A model generated the notes under the pieces. That model worked only from the letters and a program-made list of their open reading frames with translations. It searched no databases and was not told where the DNA came from. A DNA stretch of 64,000 bases. Source: Nemertoderma westbladi. Its lineage: Eukaryota > Animalia > Xenacoelomorpha. This document shows positions 59,401 to 64,000 of this stretch, in pieces (the first letter of the stretch is position 1; the number at the start of each line of letters is the position of its first letter). The stretch is from positions 1-64,000 of the forward strand of contig JAUCBJ010007004.1 in NCBI GenBank assembly GCA_032718475.1, read 5' to 3'. Made by a program: the position numbers and the translations under genes.

Positions 59401-62400
59401 TATTGCCATGGCAACTAGAGATACAGCCATCCACATATCCTTTTCGGCAAAGTCATACTTCAGTTTGACAGGAAGAGTTCGGTAATATGGAAAACCTAAG
59501 CGGGGAATAAAAATGTAGGTACTTTTCAATAATTTACTTACAAACAATTACAACACTGCCAATAACTGGAAATTAATTTGTTCATTTTGAAAGCTACAAT
59601 TGTTTCTGAAACACTATTATGTTTCTCTTTATATTTTTCTATTTACATTTTCCTCTTTCTCGCTTTGTTTTCACAAGCATTATAAACATTGGGCAAAAAT
59701 GGGATGAAAAAAAACAATAAAAACTTGGCAAATGAAACAAACTGGAACCCAACTCTGATATAAAATATAATAAAACAAAAGCACAGAAATATTGTAGTCA
59801 GAGGAAAGTATAAAAAAATTCCCAGTCCCTTTTAGTTTAGAAGTAAAAGATTTATTTGTTACAATAAATATTTAACCTGATGCGGTTGGGGGGAATTCGA
59901 CAAGGAATGTGGTTACAGCGTAGACATTATTAGGTACATTGTAAGCCGTGAATTCCACGAAGATGGCTCTGGTAAATTCATCCAGCCACAATTCCGACTC
60001 CAACTTATCAAGATCTTCTAATGTCTCTCTCGGTGTCATCTTCATTTTATATATAAAGCCGCCTCCTAAATAAGACAAACAATTCTTACAGAAATACGTC
60101 GCTGTGTTGTATAAATCACTTACCCTCCTACAAATGGCTGCAGAATTTTAATTCCCACACTATTAATTCTACATTTATCATATTAGATACATATATTTAG
60201 TCTCCACTCCGCCACCAGTTATGTAGTCCACCAGTTATGTAGTCCAACAGTTAGTCCACCAGTTATGTAGTCCACCAGTTAGTCCACCAGTTATGTAGTC
60301 CAACAGTTAGTCCACCAGTTATGTAGTCCAACAGTTAGTCCACCAGTTATGTAGTCCAACAGTTAGTCCACCAGTTATGTAGTCCACCAGTTATGTAGTC
60401 CACCAGTTATATAGTCCACCAGTTTTCCAGTCCACCAGTTATGTAGTCCACCAGTTATGTAGTCCACCAGTTATGTAGTCCACCAGTTATGTAGTCCACC
60501 AGTTATGTAGTCCACCATTTATGTAGTCCACCAGTTATATAGTCCACCAGTTATGTAGTCCGCCAGTTATGTAGTCCACCAGTTATGTAGTCCACCAGTT
60601 ATGTAGTCCACCAGTTATGTAGTCCACCAGTTATATAGTCCACCAGTTTTCCAGTCCACCAGTTATGTAGTCCACCATTTATGTAGTCCACCAGTTATGT
60701 AGTCCACCAGTTATGTAGTCCACCAGTTATGTAGTCCACCAGTTATGTAGTCCACCATTTATGTAGTCCACCATTTATGTAGTCCACCAGTTATGTAGTC
60801 CACCATTTATGTAGTCCACCAGTTATATAGTCCACCAGTTATGTAGTCCACCATTTATGTAGTCCACCAGTTATAGAGTCCACCAGTTATGTAGTCCACC
60901 AGTTATGTAGTCCGCCAGTTATGTAGTCCACCAGTTATGTAGTCCACCAGTTATGTAGTCCACCAGTTATGTAGTCCACCAGTTTGTTATGTAGTCCACC
61001 AGTTATGTAGTCCACCAGTTATGTAGTCCACCAGTTATGTAGTCCACCAGTTATGTAGTCCACCATTTATGTAGTCCACCATTTATGTAGTCCACCATTT
61101 ATGTAGTCCACCATTTATGTAGTCCACCATTTATGTAGTCCACCATTTATGTAGTCCACCAGTTATGTAGTCCACCTGTTATGTAGTCCACCATTTATTT
61201 AGTCCACCAGTTATGTAGTCCACCAGTTATGTAGTCCACCAGTTATGTAGTCCACCATTTATGTAGTCCACCATTTATGTAGTCCACCAGTTATGTAGTC
61301 CACCAGTTATGTAGTCCACCAGTTATGTAGTCCACCAGTTATGTAGTCCACCATTTATGTAGTCCACCAGTTATGTAGTCCACCAGTTATGTAGTCCACC
61401 ATTTATGTAGTCCACCAGTTATATAGTCCACCAGTTTTCCAGTCCACCACTCACAGCAGGCTATTCTTGTAAAAATATTTAGAGCATACATATTATATGG
61501 CGCGCAAGTCGAATTTTTTTACGTGTTTTTTTCCCGGTACTTTGTATTTTACTTTCAACTTTAATTTGTTATGGTACATACTTCACTCAATTTTTATCTA
61601 ACTGGAATTCGATAAGAGAGAAGATACTCAGACTCACCCCCATACGTGGCCATAAGGGCCTTGAAGTCGGAACCGTCTACCGCTTCTGGCGACGACCAAC
61701 TATACCACGGTACGTTTACGTGAGACGGGTTCGTGAGATCCATCGGCTCCCAACGGGACCCGTAAGTACCTTGATCCTCGTTCCTCCTGGTGTACGAGGG
61801 AGCGCAGTCCTTTCCCAGCCCTTTATCTAGCGGCTGACATAAATCTACAACAAAATAAATACAGACACTAATTTATAGCATAAAAGGTGAGAATGGAGTA
61901 AATCAACAGCATTTAAACGATTCTCATAAATCTCGCATATCGACAGATAAATAACTTCGTTCGAGAGGTCTTCGTGACGTACAATGTAAGCAAGTTTATT
62001 ATACGGACGGGTACAACTAATCCAACCATTGCCTAGTCGCCCTCTTGCGGAGACTGGAGAACTGCAGAGTCTCAACCGTGCAAATTGTATTTCAAACTCT
62101 TGACAGACTACATACGGTATGTGTACTAAGTTTGGTTAAAAATTTAAACAAAATGTGTCTGAGTTATTAGCCATCAAACATTTGTCGACAGACAGACCAA
62201 CAGACATGCCAACAGTCCGAGGAATACTTCGGTTGAGACAGCAGAACCAGTATGCTAAGTCCACTGGACTAACAACGTCTCTCGTTCAACGCGTAGGAAG
62301 AATGGATTTTTAACACCACTCCATAATGGAGAAAGTTAGCGACTCGAATAAATTCCAGTTCTATTTAATTGTAATATCACTTTCATTAGTACAAATGTCT

Positions 62401-63328
62401 TACTTAATTATCACCTACCCCTCTTTACTCTGAGTTGACGTATCATAGGCATTCCGACCATTAGGTTGGCCTTGTCCCCCATGAGGCCCCGCAGACCCAT
62501 CGGTTTGGGATGAGCTCTGGAGTACCAAACATCCGCATAAAGTCCGGGAATCAATCTCTGTCGCATCCAGTAAAACCAATGTTCGTACGAAAACGCCTAA
62601 ATATAGGCAATTTATATTGTTAATGACAACTCCGCTTCAAGTCTATGGCATGCGTTACTATGGTAATAAAATCCCTTCACTAACATTTGCGAAAGTTGAG
62701 TTATCAGTAATATCTAAAATGGCGTTGCCTTCAACAAAAGTTTTTTTCATGTGGTTGTAAAGTTGGTAACCGAATATTTCTTGGTTCAGATTGAGTATTA
62801 GAAACAGGAACAAACAGAATGTCACAAACAGTACCACCTCCCACATAACGCTTCGCATTTTATATTCCGCGAGTTTTTTTGACCGAATTCGACTTTGTTG
62901 GAAGGAGGAGCCAGGAGGTCGAAACGATGGAAAAGCAGCAGGAAAACCTATAAAATTAGAGATAACAATAGTAAGGAAATATCAGCCTTGGTTCCTTTTC
63001 TATTGGAATTATTGTTTTAAAAAGCATAATAATGTGCTTCCTCTGTAGGGCAATTAAAACATCCAACTACAAATAATTTTATTTCAAGTACAAAAATAAT
63101 AAATAAAAACTTGAAAAAATATATTTCATTTTATATCTAACGGTTCAATAAAATTATCTCTCAATATGGATCCGAATACACGAACTACAGTTCTTTATAG
63201 CGTCGCAAATTACCGGCGTCGTGTATAAATTCTTCATCGATATCCAACTCAACATCAACGTTGTCATAATCCTCGTCGTCTTCTTTAGGTTTACAACACA
63301 TAGTGAGGGCGATAGCAAGGAAAACCAC
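53497..63328 (-). CDS. Polycystin-1-like (PKD1L/REJ family) gene, C-terminal TOP/channel part; exons 63328-63214, 62947-62685, 62596-62419, 61844-61638, 60065-59877, 59495-59289, 58780-58599, 56123-55934, 55162-55029, 54731-54538, 53611-53497; 5' part lies beyond the window
   Basis: Junctions are GT-AG with matching phases. Motifs are KMRSVMWEVVLF, IRQLRV, TYGGGGF, LWLDEFTRAIFVEFTAYN, TLKFLVILRFN, LLGKFEF and INLFVAILNES. The stop follows GIY. Confidence 0.88.
55275..55946 (-). repeat. 36-bp minisatellite (about 13 copies plus diverged copies) derived from the PKD exon/donor junction
   Basis: The unit AGCACCCTACTTG|GTAAGAGCCAGTCCATCTTCCTC copies the real junction AGCACCTTACTTG|GTAAGAGC at 55934. 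Confidence 0.9.
56476..56640. mobile_element. Mutator/foldback-like MITE with TIRs built of 15-bp tandem units
   Basis: GGAAGCAGGACAATTCGG...CCGAATTGTCCTACATCC; perfect 9-bp TSD GTTAATAAG at 56467-56475 and 56641-56649. Confidence 0.88.
56707..56935. mobile_element. Palindromic MITE with ~57-bp TIRs (GAG...CTC ends, Sola-like?)
   Basis: gagttaattgtattt...cacgttaagtaaaaaccttaccggtag and its reverse complement; TSD ambiguous. Confidence 0.7.
57504..58244 (-). mobile_element. Shorter diverged copy of the solo-LTR-like repeat at 10707-12254
   Basis: Shares gtaacac..tagaaaaacctctggga...gggtgaggg...gtccgttaggatccaaa and the end gaaaaatc...taca. Confidence 0.7.
60213..61449. repeat. Intronic 16-bp satellite (AGTCCACCAGTTATGT)n
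   Basis: Direct reading. Confidence 0.97.
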
Positions 63329-64000
63329 CTGAAATAATAAAATAGGTTTACAACACATAGTAAGGGCGATAGCAAGGAAAACCACCTGAAATAATAAAAT
63401 AGGTTTACAACACATAGTAAGGGCGATAGCAAGGAAAACCAACTGAAATAATAAAATAGGTTTACAACACATAGTGAGGGCAATAGCAAGGAAAACCACC
63501 TGAAATAATAAAATAGGTTTACAACGCATAGTAAGGGTGATAGCAAGGAAAACCACCTGAAATAATAAAATAGGTTTACAACGCATAGTAAGGGCGATAG
63601 CAAGGAAAACCACCTGAAATAATAAAATAGGTTTACAACACATAGTGAGGGAGATAGCAAGGAAAACCACCTGAAACAATAAAATAGGTTTACAACGCAT
63701 AGTAAGGGCGATAGCAAGGAAAACCACCTGAAATAATAAAATAGGTTTACAACACATAGTAAGGGTGATAGCAAGGAAAACCACCTGAAATAATAAAATA
63801 GGTTTACAACGCATAGTAAGGGTGATAGCAAGGAAAACCACCTGAAATAATAAAATAGGTTTACAACACATAGTGAGGGCGATAGCAAGGAAAACCACCT
63901 GAAACAATAAAATAGGTTTACAACGCATAGTAAGGGCGATAGCAAGGAAAACCACCTGAAATAATAAAATAGGTTTACAACACATAGTAAGGGTGATAGC
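63287..64000 (-). repeat. 57-bp minisatellite (12+ copies) containing the PKD acceptor and exon start
   Basis: The unit is ATTTTATTATTTCAG|GTGGTTTTCCTTGCTATCGCCCTTACTATGTGTTGTAAACCT (VVFLAIALTMCCKP). Confidence 0.93.

Noticed and set aside
61450-61470. Possible micro-exon (AG|CCTGCT|GTGAGT) at the edge of the 16-bp satellite
   Set aside because: The flanking PKD exons already join correctly (TYGGGGF), and the acceptor is weak.
63154-63985. 263/266-aa hydrophobic ORFs as membrane proteins
   Set aside because: They are translations of the 57-bp repeat; only the final unit is a confident part of the PKD exon.

Overview
Eukaryotic, AT-rich animal (invertebrate-type) genomic DNA with spliceosomal introns; there are no prokaryotic features. 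Three host genes are visible. (1) A two-exon WD40-Roc-COR-CARD-CARD ROCO gene (1157-5799, +). (2) An intronless xanthine dehydrogenase/aldehyde oxidase gene (39870-13417, -), split by a 22.7 kb insertion. (3) The last 11 exons of a PKD1-like polycystin gene (63328-53497, -). The insertion is a giant BEL/Pao LTR retrotransposon (14675-37337, 1195-bp LTRs, GGCAA TSD; about 18.7 kb without its passenger). In the env position it carries a 1417-aa ORF with a DEDDy/RNase D-like 3'-5' exonuclease domain and three CCHC zinc knuckles, preceded by a long G-U-rich RNA hairpin. It has no tRNA-type PBS but has an 11-nt Tf1-like self-priming candidate. Nested in its gag is a second LTR element (27677-31660, identical 258-bp LTRs, GGATC TSD) whose PBS matches the 5' end of a tRNA. 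That element also has a GGGAAAC slippery site with a three-stem pseudoknot, and its integrase core is deleted. Region 40551-49974 is a four-level nest of LINEs; the three inner insertions each keep their TSDs. Several satellites appear to have grown out of splice junctions. All calls come from reading the sequence by eye; no searches were run.
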